A DNA stretch of 63,839 nt, counting the filler, from Intoshia linei (Eukaryota > Animalia > Orthonectida): assembly GCA_001642005.1 (NCBI GenBank). It is 4 parts of 4 records of this genome, joined end to end, with 100 filler letters (N's around TTAATTAATTAA, not from the genome) between each part and the next. Parts side by side here need not be neighbours in the genome. Positions count along the whole stretch, not along the records: positions 50,389 to 60,807 come from LWCA01001270.1; positions 60,908 to 63,839 come from LWCA01002184.1; 2 more parts are not named here. One strand, 5' to 3'. The stretch's first letter is position 1, and every line of letters begins with the position of its first letter. Positions 53,483-63,839 of the stretch are shown here, piece by piece. A program made the position numbers and the translations under genes. The notes under the pieces are model-generated. The model had not been told where the DNA came from and made no database searches. It saw only the letters and a list, made by a program, of their open reading frames with translations.

Positions 53483-56400
53483 ATGGAAACTGTTAAAGGC
53501 TTAGATAGAATAAAATTTATTTTTCAATTGTATCTTTTTCTTATATTGGTAGCAAATACGTAAAATAAATTAATGTATAATTAAGTTGATCGGACTGTCA
53601 TGTGTGATATGCGGACTTTGCATATTGATTTATCCATATTCTTATGGATTGTACAGTATTATGAAAAATAGTTTGGCGGATTATCTCATGTTTACAAATC
53701 TAATAATGTTGATAATATTTGGTTGTCTTATATCTGCATTCGGAATATGTGGAACTATAGGGTCTGCAAAGAATTACGATAATTTGATGTATATAGTTAA
53801 CTACATATAGTATATATTATAAAAAATTTTTAGTTTTGTCTCGGTATGATGATATCTGCAATAGGTTTTATTAGCATCACTTTCACATCCACCCATTTTA
53901 GAAGGGAAGTAATTTTTATATTAAATGAACATTAAATATTTTAATAGCTTCATGAAAAATTAGTAAATGGAATGACACAACAGGTCCAACATCTAGTACG
54001 AGAAAACGATAACTGGAAAGATATATGGGATTATGTCCAAGCTAGAGTATATTTTTTCACATTTTTACAAATTTAATTCGTTTTGTGTGTGTTTAATTCA
54101 AGGTTTAAATCGCTGTATGTTTATTTTAAAAATAAAATTACCTAGAGGATTACCCGTATCAGACAGGAGACGGGAAATTTCACTGCCATTAATATTCATA
54201 TAACTATACGTCAGCCTTGTAAAACTAACCGCCCGCATGCGGCTTTTTTCTAACACTTGTACAAAAAATGACACTTTTTTTATCGATGAACCCATACTAA
54301 TACAATGTGGTCATCTATATGAATAAAAGTTATAGCCATTAGAAAATTTTGTTAGAAGCCAAAATAGGGCATATTTATAGTAAATTAACATTGGATACAA
54401 GTTTATTTAAAAATAGAAGATTAAAAAAAAAATTATAAAAAGATGATTTTTAAAATTTAACGATATTATAATAAACTAGGTTGACTGTTATGTACTACGT
54501 ACAAACAGCACCTAACTCTGCCGAGGGTACATTTTTATTATACCAAAAAAATAAATTCATGTTGAAAATCTAACTTAAAAATCCACTATTCACGACTATA
54601 AATCCTTTAAAGGAGTGTTTCACAAACTTGTTTCAAGTGGAACCGTCATATCACATTACTTTTTACTTTATTTGTGAAATTATTTCATCTTAATTTTGTT
54701 TTGTTAACATTTGCGTAAATAATTATGAAAACAATTGTTATCCCGTTTTTTAATTTTTTAGACAGAATGTGTGTATAATATTAAAAATAAATTAAAAACA
54801 GTCAATCCTAAAAATTGTCATAAATAGCATAACATCCAGAAAGAATATAATTATACAAACCTATTTTGTCATTTTCAATATGATAATATATATTCACTAC
54901 CAATTTAATAAATACTTAATAATACCCATTATGTATCAATAACTAACAGAATCAGCACTTTATAAACATATTTCAGGTGAATTTTACCAATATTTCAAAT
55001 GATTGTAATAAATATAAAAATAATATTAACAAAGTTGTATTACTTTTAGTTTCGTTGTTGTAGTTTAACTTGATTAATTTGAAACAAAATGTTATAAAAG
55101 TGAGAATTTGAAATTTAAAAAATGCGTAACAATGCAAAAAATTCCGAAGGAATGAATTATATAGATTGTCACCCATATTTCTTTATTGGAAATGTGTAAA
55201 TGTTCAATGCACATTTTTTTTTGAAATTATGGAATCAATATTTACATTTTTATTTTAATCGAAATATTTGAAAAATTTTGGTTGATAGTATATTAAAAAT
55301 TATTTTTCACTGGGAATGCGTAGATTTCTGGGGTTGAAATTTTATATTTATATCAACTGGAATAAGCTCTATCAGAATAATCTTTTTTTTAGTTTTTGGC
55401 CGTTAATTATTTCACATTTTTTGTTAATAAAATATTTCGAAAAAAAAATATATGAATACTAAAATGCTTTTTTGACAATGAAGCTGTCACTTATTCAGAT
55501 TGAAAATTTTTGTGTATCTTAACATACTGTATATACAGGATACAACTGTACCACTTGTAAATTTTTTTAAATTATGGGGCTGTTTTCATTAAAAAAATAG
55601 TAATTTGTTGTTTTGGACCTAAAGATATATTTTTTTTAAATTTATAATATTTATGATTTTAAAATCCGTATCAGAGTGTATATTTTTTTAAATTCTCGAA
55701 CTCGTTTGATTTTCAAAAATAAGTAGAATTGGGTTTTATGACTTGTAAGATGTGAGTTTGGGAGGTTGAAATTTATTTTGCTAACACCCCGAAAAAAACT
55801 TTAATTGAAATGTGGACTTAATAAAATTCTTAGACTGGTAGTTATTGAAATAAACGGTCTATAGCTAATTGTTTAATATTTATTATTTTATAATTAATCA
55901 GTATATAACTAGTAATTAATACTGATCCGTGAAGAATATACTACAATTATAACTTAGTTAATAATATTTAATGACATATAATATGAATTATATCCTTATA
56001 TATGACTTTAACCATAGTTATTAATATTTAAAAAATGCCAAAAATGCCATTTTAAAAGGTGAACTGTATGAAATCTAATTTTTATAATATTTCATTTTTC
56101 TATGTAAAATGATATGCTGTTAATAAATTTATGTATATGTATTACATGAAGTTGATTATAATCATATTTATTTAAATATTAATAAAGTACAATAATGTAT
56201 TAGAACAAATGTTGTGGTTCAACCGGAGCAGCTGATTATGAAGATAGTCAATGGAAAATGGATAATTTGAAACAAATTGTAATTTAGCTTTAAATTTCCA
56301 TATATTTTAAAATGGTTTATTAAAATATTTTACACTAAAAAAATAATTTTAGTACAAAATATTCTTTACTACATTTCATATTTTTAGAATAAATCTGAAA

Positions 56401-56988
56401 CGTTCCAGAATCAAGAAGAAATGATTAAAACAGTACCTCGAAGTTGTTGTGTTTTAATTAGCAATGAAGATGAATATATTTATTATTTGGATATAAATAA
56501 AATAAACCCTAGAAATTTATATAGATGTCAACTGGATGCTAAGGGTAGACTTTCGACTAGTTCATATTATCATACTCGAGTAAATATACATTTTAAATTA
56601 TCGAAATACATTGAATTATAATGACATGTTATACATATGTGATATTATTACTCATTATATATAGGCAGTTGCTTATTATTATGTGAAAAATTGTTAGAAC
56701 AAGTTTTCACATTTAACAGATTATTTGTTATTGTACTTATAGTAAGAAAGTTGTAATTCTAAGTTGCAACTTCGATTTTATAAGAAGATTTTTTATTATC
56801 CACTAATATAAATTTTAAAATAAATGTATATTTAGGGATGCTTTGAATCAACTCTAGAAGCTATACTCTTACACACAACACTAATAATAAGCTTTACTGT
56901 GTTATACGCTTGTGCTATGATTTGTGGATTTGTTTTAGGAGTTTGGAACATAATTCGACATAAAAAAAAAGATTATGAAATTGAATAA
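53483..56988 (+). CDS. Tetraspanin (6-cysteine EC2), 7 exons
   Basis: Four hydrophobic segments; FGICGTIG; WDYVQAR|NKCCG; VPRSCC; single C; GC before TM4; short GT-AG introns plus one TE-filled intron of about 2.1 kb. Confidence 0.92.
54476..55857 (-). mobile_element. Longer, 5'-truncated Helitron-family copy in the tetraspanin intron
   Basis: Same hairpin plus CTAG 3' end as 43387; family core at 55690-55857; internal part repeated at about 60272-60807. Confidence 0.75.
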
Positions 56989-57089
56989 ATATATCAATAT
57001 ATAAACATTTGAATTCTTTTGGTGATACAATAATATGTGTAAATAAATGTTGCAAATAAATAATTTTTGTTTGCATTCTTTTTCTGAAA

Positions 57090-60000
57090 ATGTTTATCTT
57101 ATTATTATGCTTTATTACCGTGGGTGTATCATCTATAAGTAAAAACCACTAGCTCTTTTAAATTGGATTTAGATTTAAATGTAACTTATTATGAGCTATT
57201 TAACCAATCCGAATTTCGACAAATGCAGTATAACAAACAGAAAACCAATAAACGAATCCATTTGACTTTTAAAAATATGTATTTATTAAGAAGTGTATAT
57301 AGATTTGTTGATATTTAGAAATTACTTCATTGATTTAAAAGTGGACAAATCGCTAATGTCAAATGCAGTTGAAGTGTATACAGTAGATGAAAATGATTAT
57401 AAAACTAGAGTTTATTCTTATAAAAATTTATATTTTGAAGGAACTGTAAATGGTAGAATGACTCAAACACTATATTTTCTATTTTTAGGTGACACTACAT
57501 CTTATGCTTTCTTTTACATAAATGATAATTACGTAGATGGCTATTTCGTAATCAACAAAAAATCAATTTATGTTGAGGTATGTTGTATCATTGTTTCATC
57601 GACCATTATGCCATGATATATATTACTAAATCAAGTAGAAGTAAACGAATAAATATATCTTCATTAGTTTCAGATAATATTTTTGAGATTTTTTAGCCAA
57701 GATAAGGTATTTCTTTCAAGTTTTTTTTTCATCATATCAATCTTTCGAGATGTCTCAATTTCTATAAATTTCAGTCGGGAGTGTGTTGAAACGACCTATT
57801 TCAGTACCTAAATCAAGGTAGTCTAAAGCATGTCCCGCAAATATCAAATTGTGTGAATCGCGAAATTGTTTAGTAATATATTCTGTAAAACGAGTAAATA
57901 ATAAGAAATAAATATATGATTGAATATTGAAGTGGAATTTCGAACCATATTAACTAATTTTCATTCTATTAAACCTAAATTGAAGCTTTTAAAAAATTGT
58001 TAGGGTTTTCACACAATCTGTAAATGGAGTTGTGTAAATTACAATCAGATTCTTTCTTAAAAACTATTTAATAATTTAAGAAACAAATTTAATTCAGAAA
58101 AGAAAACAAAAAAATCTGATTTGATCCTCTGTGAAATGGTCTATAGCTCATTTACAATTTTTACCTAAACACAAATAACATTTGTTCGGATTCACAAATG
58201 CGCTAATGCGCACCGTTTGAAAAAAATTAGTTTAAATATCATAATTACCACATTACCTAGCATTAATATTATTTTTAAGAAATAATTCTGTCTTAATTCT
58301 GTACTAAGTATTCTCAACTTTATATTGATATAATATCTGAAAGAATGCTAAAATAATTTTGTTAAATTTTATTTAATGTTGCGGCCCGCAAAATTTGTAA
58401 AATTTATTTTTTGGTCCTCATTCGCCATGTGTTTGGACCTAAATAATAAAAACATTTATAAAATGTTTCAAATGAGAAGTTAAAGCAGTGAAAATCTTAT
58501 TATGTATATTCAATTAATAATTTATACAATAATTATATTACACGCTTAAACATTAAATTAAACGACCACAGTATTTATTAAATAATGTTAAATTAATTAA
58601 ATTATGCGTTATAAATATTAAATTAGACGCTGAAACTATTAAATTAATCGTAGCATTAAATAGTATTATGTCCTTGAAGGTCTTCAATTCTTAGCGAAAC
58701 TTATTTTAATAATTTCAAGATAATTCAATACAAGATTTTAATAAAAAATTATAAAGTGAGCTCACTGTGAACTGACTTTATTACAACTATAACAACTAAA
58801 CTGGTACAACACTACATAATTTTACATATTATCAGTCGGCATGCATATCGAGCCTCACTTGCATATTACTGAAATAAAATGATTAATATAATTAACTGGA
58901 CAAACTAAATAAAACCAGACAATTGTTAAAATTACACGATTACCACTTTTAACAAGTTGATGAATAAACAAATAATTAATAATTAAATAATTAATTAAAT
59001 AAAAGATTAATAATTCTTCAATGACTTAAAATTGTGAGAAACAACATTAAAGGAATGCTTGATCATTTAGTCAGATAATGATAGTTAACATTAAGAGGTT
59101 GCTACAAATTAGATAATCATTGATGAATTAATAAACTAAAATTTAACTTTTATAATAACAGAATTATTCGTTTTAATTTTAAATAACTGAATTTTAACAC
59201 CAATAATAATTGTTTCCATGATTAATCATTATTTTTTCAAGATAAAGTATTTTCATTTTTTTTTCTGATTTTAATTAGTTAAAACGCAGAAACTAATAAT
59301 ACAAAAAAAACTACACTCACCTGTCACGAATCTGCGTCACATGTTACATATCATCATAGAATTTTTATAAAAATTAATCGATTAGAATAAACACAGTTTA
59401 ATTTTTTCGGCTTTCGAAATTTTAGCTCGGCTTCTAGAGAGTTCATACTACTTTTTTTCATTAAAATGTATTTAAAACGTAAATAACTGAATTTCATAAT
59501 GACACTCAAATTTTCACTGTTAAAATAAATTTTTGGTAATTATAAATTTTGGACATTTATAAATTTGAATAATATTAGAAAAACCCCTTTTTATCGCAAA
59601 AAAACGCCCTGTGAGGTTAAATATTTTATTTTTTCTCTTCAAATTTGGTATATGTCTTAGTGGGGCGTACATTAATCGTATCCATGTTTAAAATAAAATC
59701 ACGGGCGACAATTAAGAAAAAGGGGAAAAAGCGCGCGAAAATCTTATTTTTGAGGGATTTTTAAGTACCCTCTTCAGCGTGGTATAGGGTATTTTCAACA
59801 AAAATCAATATTTGTAAAAAACGAACAGCCTTAATGCACATACAAAGTTAGAAATTTATTTGAATTATTGGGTTACTATTTAATAATATTTTTTTCATTA
59901 CGAATTTGGTAATATTCACATTTTACAATTCATTAAAATCAGATCTGACTGTATGTATTTTAGAAAATACTATTTGAAAATTTAAAATAATATTTTTTTA

Positions 60001-60101
60001 TAGCCAGTTGGAGGAATATCTCACCGAGACGTATATAAGCCGGACTATATTGCAATATACGACCAATACGATTCAAAATCAAATGTATCAATTGACAAAG
60101 A
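57090..60101 (+). CDS. ADAM10/ADAM17-like metalloprotease, signal peptide and prodomain exons only
   Basis: MFILLLCFITVGVSS signal, YYELF..IHLTFK..NYFIDL..VYTVDE..YFEGTVNGDTTSYAF..IYVE|PVGG..IAIYD follows the ADAM17/10 prodomain pattern; the catalytic domain is not seen in the window. Confidence 0.7.
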
Positions 60102-60807
60102 GTAAGCATTCAATAAAAAGAACACATTGAAAAAGGTGGCGAGTTTTTTCAAATTGTCAATGATATAAGTTTTCAGTTTATATCAAGGATATCCAATTTT
60201 TTTTATATCAGCGCACACATTTTGTCTAATTGTTGTATTAGTCACTGAATTAACGTACTAGATTACTTGTTAGCTGTTTTCAGGTTGAACCGTCATATCA
60301 CATTACTTTTTACTTTTAAGTGAATTATTCCATCTTAATTTTGTTTTGTTAACATTTTCGTAAAGAATTTTAAAAACAATTGTTATCCCAATGTGTATAA
60401 TATTAAAAATAAAGTAAAAACTGTCCAATCCTAAAAATTGTCATAAATAGCATAAATCCTGAAAAAATAAAATTATTAAAACCTTTTTTTCATTTTCAAT
60501 GTGATAATATATTCAGTACCATATTAATAAAAACTTAAAAATACAAATTATGTATCAATAACTAACAGAATCAGCAGTTTATAAACATATTTCAGGTGAA
60601 TTTTAACAATATTAAAAAGGATTTTAATAAATATACAAATTATAATAACAAAGTTGTATTACATTTATTAATCGTTGTTGTAGTTTTAATTTAAATTTTA
60701 AACAAAATGTTTTGAAAATGAGAATTCGAGATTGAAAAGTTGCGTAGCAATGCAAAAATTCCGAAGGAATGAATTATATAGATTTTCACCCATATTTCTT
60801 TATTGGA

Positions 60808-60907
60808 NNNNNNNNNNNNNNNNNNNNNNNNNNNNNNNNNNNNNNNNNNNNTTAATTAATTAANNNNNNNNNNNNNNNNNNNNNNNNNNNNNNNNNNNNN
60901 NNNNNNN
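60808..60907. other. Artificial scaffold spacer
   Basis: Ns around TTAATTAATTAA. Confidence 0.95.
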
Positions 60908-61059
60908 AATTTGATACGTGTTTTTATAAATGTAATGTTGTGTGACCATATGGTCACACTGAGAGTATATGGGTTAATATTGTCTAGACTGGTTACAATA
61001 TACAATAGTATACATTTTAAATTTTAATATAAATTTTGACTGATACATTTAACTGAGAT

Positions 61060-62015
61060 ATACTGTGTAATTCATCCCATTTCCTAAAAAACTATCTAAA
61101 AAAGTTAGAAAAGGAATCACAACCAATTAAAAAATCTCACATACTCACTAAGGATGAAATATTTAAGTTCATAGAAGAAGCCCCCTCCGATCCAGCTACT
61201 CTCGTTAGAAAGGTCGTAACTATTATTGGGTAATATTGTTATTACAATTTTCTTACTATTATTAATTTAGGTATTACGGTGCGTTACGATGTGCTGAGCT
61301 AGTTAGTTTAACTGAAAGTGACGTCGTTATTCATGAGGATAAGATAGAGATTACCATTAAAGTTTCTAAAACTGATCCAAATGGAAAGGATGGACACTTT
61401 TTTTTAATCAACGATAACAATAATGGTAATTCTCCTTACAACATTATCAAGACTTATGATTCAATTCGCAGCAAAATTTTAATATAAAAACAAATACTTT
61501 TGTGGGTCAACCAATGGGTCGCAATAATATTTCAGGTATTTAATTTTAAATAAATCATAAATAAATTAGCCATACCCAAACTTATTGCAAATTATTTAAA
61601 ATTGCCTAATGCAGATAAATTCACTGGTCACTGTTTTCGTCAATATTTCGTAATATAAACGTTTTCAATTGTTAAGATTATGTTTTCAGCAATAAGGTTA
61701 TGTTTGCAATCAATAAGAGAATATTTCTATATAGGAGTAGGAGTAAACAATACTCCTATTGATTGCAAACATAACCTTATTGCTGAAAACATAATCTTAA
61801 CAATTGAAAACGTCTATATATTAATGATTTAATTAACTAATAGGTCAGGAGCTACAGCGCTCGCAGAATCTGGAGCATCCACTATTGTGATTAAAAAATC
61901 CTTTAGGTGGAAAAGTGAGTCAGTTGCTTTAGGTTGAAAATTAAATTATTAGATTATTAGAAATTAAATTAAACTGTTTGTATACATTAAAAACAAGCGA
62001 TCTCATAATGAATAA
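61060..62015 (+). mobile_element. Intron-containing tyrosine recombinase pseudogene (Crypton-like element)
   Basis: Spliced translation KKSHILTKDEIFKFIEEAP..KVVTIIG|YYGALRCAELVSL..SKTD..QPMGRNNIS|AIPKLIANYLKLPNADKFTGHCFR|SGATALAESGAS..KKSFRWKSESVAL, then probable YIKN. Introns 61230-61270 and 61536-61569; stop/frameshift near 61485. Confidence 0.85.
61659..61813. repeat. Perfect 57-bp inverted repeat with 41-bp spacer
   Basis: 61659-61715 is the exact reverse complement of 61757-61813. Confidence 0.95.
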
Positions 62016-62020
62016 ATTTA

Positions 62021-62857
62021 CCTGATTATGAGCAAAATGAAATTCTCCTTTTTTAGGTGTAATTCTTGTAATGTATTGTTTACCAATTCAATGGATATGT
62101 TATCGTTTATTTTGCATGCTATATAATTGATTGGATCAATCGTTTTACCAATACTAATGTAGAATAATTTTTTTCCATTTATTTCTTTTTTTTCAATAAT
62201 TAAAAGTATATCCACATTGGTCAAATCAATATTTTTCTTGTTAATCTGTGTATGTTTTGCTTTTGGTATGATGAGAGTATCAACGCTTAAATGTGACTAA
62301 ACTAAATTTTAGTGAGGTCATTTTTTATATATCTAATTATTTTGACATTTGCAAGTATATTAATCTTTTTATATGTCATTATTAGATTTTTATGTACCTG
62401 AATAATACAAATATCAAATATAAGCAATGTAGAAAATTACTACAAACTTCAGCATGAGATGCTTTTTGCCTAAAATGTGCAATCTACCACTACTGTGATT
62501 TACAATCTTTTTGCATAAAGAACAAAATAATTCGTCTATTATAAAAAAAATTAACATGTATTTGTATATAAATTTCGTTGATGCACCCTCGGGATCTAGG
62601 GTACTGTAAGTTCATCTCTGGTTTTTTCTAAAAATTAGTAAAAATATTTTTTACTTAGACTATGATGAAAATATATTAATACAATGCGTTTGGTAAAATT
62701 AAACTTTTTCCTTAGAGTTTAACTTAATTTTAACTATTTAATGATTTTAATTTCAGATTGACCTATCGTTAATAAGCTTTATTATAAGGGAAAAATATTA
62801 TTTTCAACACAATTCTAACTATTTCGCACAGTAATAAATCCGTATTTTTTATAAAAT
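62021..62857 (-). pseudogene. Putative spliced gene with a matrin/U1-type C2H2 zinc finger, probably decayed
   Basis: AG/GT-bounded exons at about 62536-62442 (ELFCSLCKKIVNHSSGRLHILGKKH) and 62296-62021 (about 92 open codons) join in frame; upstream exons ambiguous. Confidence 0.45.
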
Positions 62858-63408
62858 GTCTATGTAAAGACGAAATGAGTATTACTACTTTTGATTGTTG
62901 AAAATTAAGATATTTCTCCAGAAGGAAGAGCAGTCATTTAAAAGTGTAATAAGACATAACTTGAGTTAAAATGTTAAAAATTTATAACATAAACCTTTTA
63001 TTGCACTTAGTTCATCATTCTGAGTTAAAAACAATATACATTTTTCAGGTTTCATAATTGGTGTTTCCAGTATGAGATATATTCAATTTTTTCATGTATT
63101 GAGTTTTTTGGATAGTAAATTTAAACAATATGTAGCGTTGATTGCATACTTGAAAATTATTATAAATTATGATCCATTAGCTCCATTTTAATACTCACTA
63201 CATTTATGTATTATAAACGATGTGTATTAATAGTTCAACAGGCGTTAGTAATTTAAACATTTCATGGAAACTAGATAATTAACGCAAATATGTATCAATG
63301 TATATGTTACTGTCCGTTTGGAGTTTTAGTCATTCTTCAGAAAGAGAAAAAACGCGATTTTGCAAATTATTATCATCAATAAGAATTTGAAAATAAAAAA
63401 ATAATATA

Positions 63409-63839
63409 CAGTGCCATGCAAAATAAACTGGCACTTGATAAAAAATATTACTTCTTCATAAACAATGATTAAATTTGAAAACATTAAATAATATTATAAA
63501 TATACAAATGAAAATAACTCGTACATCCAAATGAGGAGATTTATTTAAGTGAATACTGGAATTGATGCACAATTTTTTAATTGAAATACAGGCAATTTAA
63601 AAGTGATAATGAAGATATTAAAATAAAACAGTCGTGCAAAATAAACTGGCATGTCAATTAAAGTTTAATTAAACTGTTAATAAATTTTAAATGGCGATAA
63701 TTAACAAAATTATAAAGCATGACATTGAAAAATGTTTTATAAGCGGTATGAACCAATCTGAAATTTCAAGGAAAACCGGGGTTTACAGATCAAGCGTTCA
63801 AAATGTTCTCAAAAAATTTAAAAATGGAGATGGAATTGA
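63409..63839 (+). mobile_element. Left end of a second Tc1-like IR/DR transposon; transposase starts 63691 and runs off the window
   Basis: TA|CAGTGCCATGCAAAATAAACTGGCA, with an inner repeat at about 63629; ORF GMNQSEISRKTGVYRSSVQNVLKKFK is a paired-like HTH. Confidence 0.85.

Overview
Very AT-rich eukaryotic (animal) scaffold with many short GT-AG introns (about 32-62 bp) alongside longer transposon-filled introns. I reconstructed genes by manual splicing: central exons of glycogen synthase (-), complete glutathione synthetase (+), a divergent histone H4/H2A pair with no visible 3' stem-loop, WRAP73/WDR8 (-), DcpS (-), the last two exons of ZPR1 (+), a 7-repeat protocadherin (+), a lamin-tail-domain (LMNTD-like) gene (-), an ARF/ARL GTPase (-), a tetraspanin (+) and the 5' part of an ADAM10/17-like protease (+). 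Introns and intergenic DNA hold a non-autonomous Helitron family, hAT and Mutator-like MITEs with intact TSDs, and decayed hAT-Buster, Chapaev-like, mariner and Tc1 (DD37E/TRT-type) elements. The most unusual part is 61.0-62.9 kb: a Crypton-like tyrosine recombinase split by host-type micro-introns, with a perfect 57-bp foldback and a convergent spliced zinc-finger gene. The three N-TTAATTAATTAA-N spacers and the single Ns are assembly joins, so linkage across them is unproven. The host is probably a reduced-genome lophotrochozoan such as an orthonectid (inference only). Family assignments come from motifs I recognise, not from database searches.
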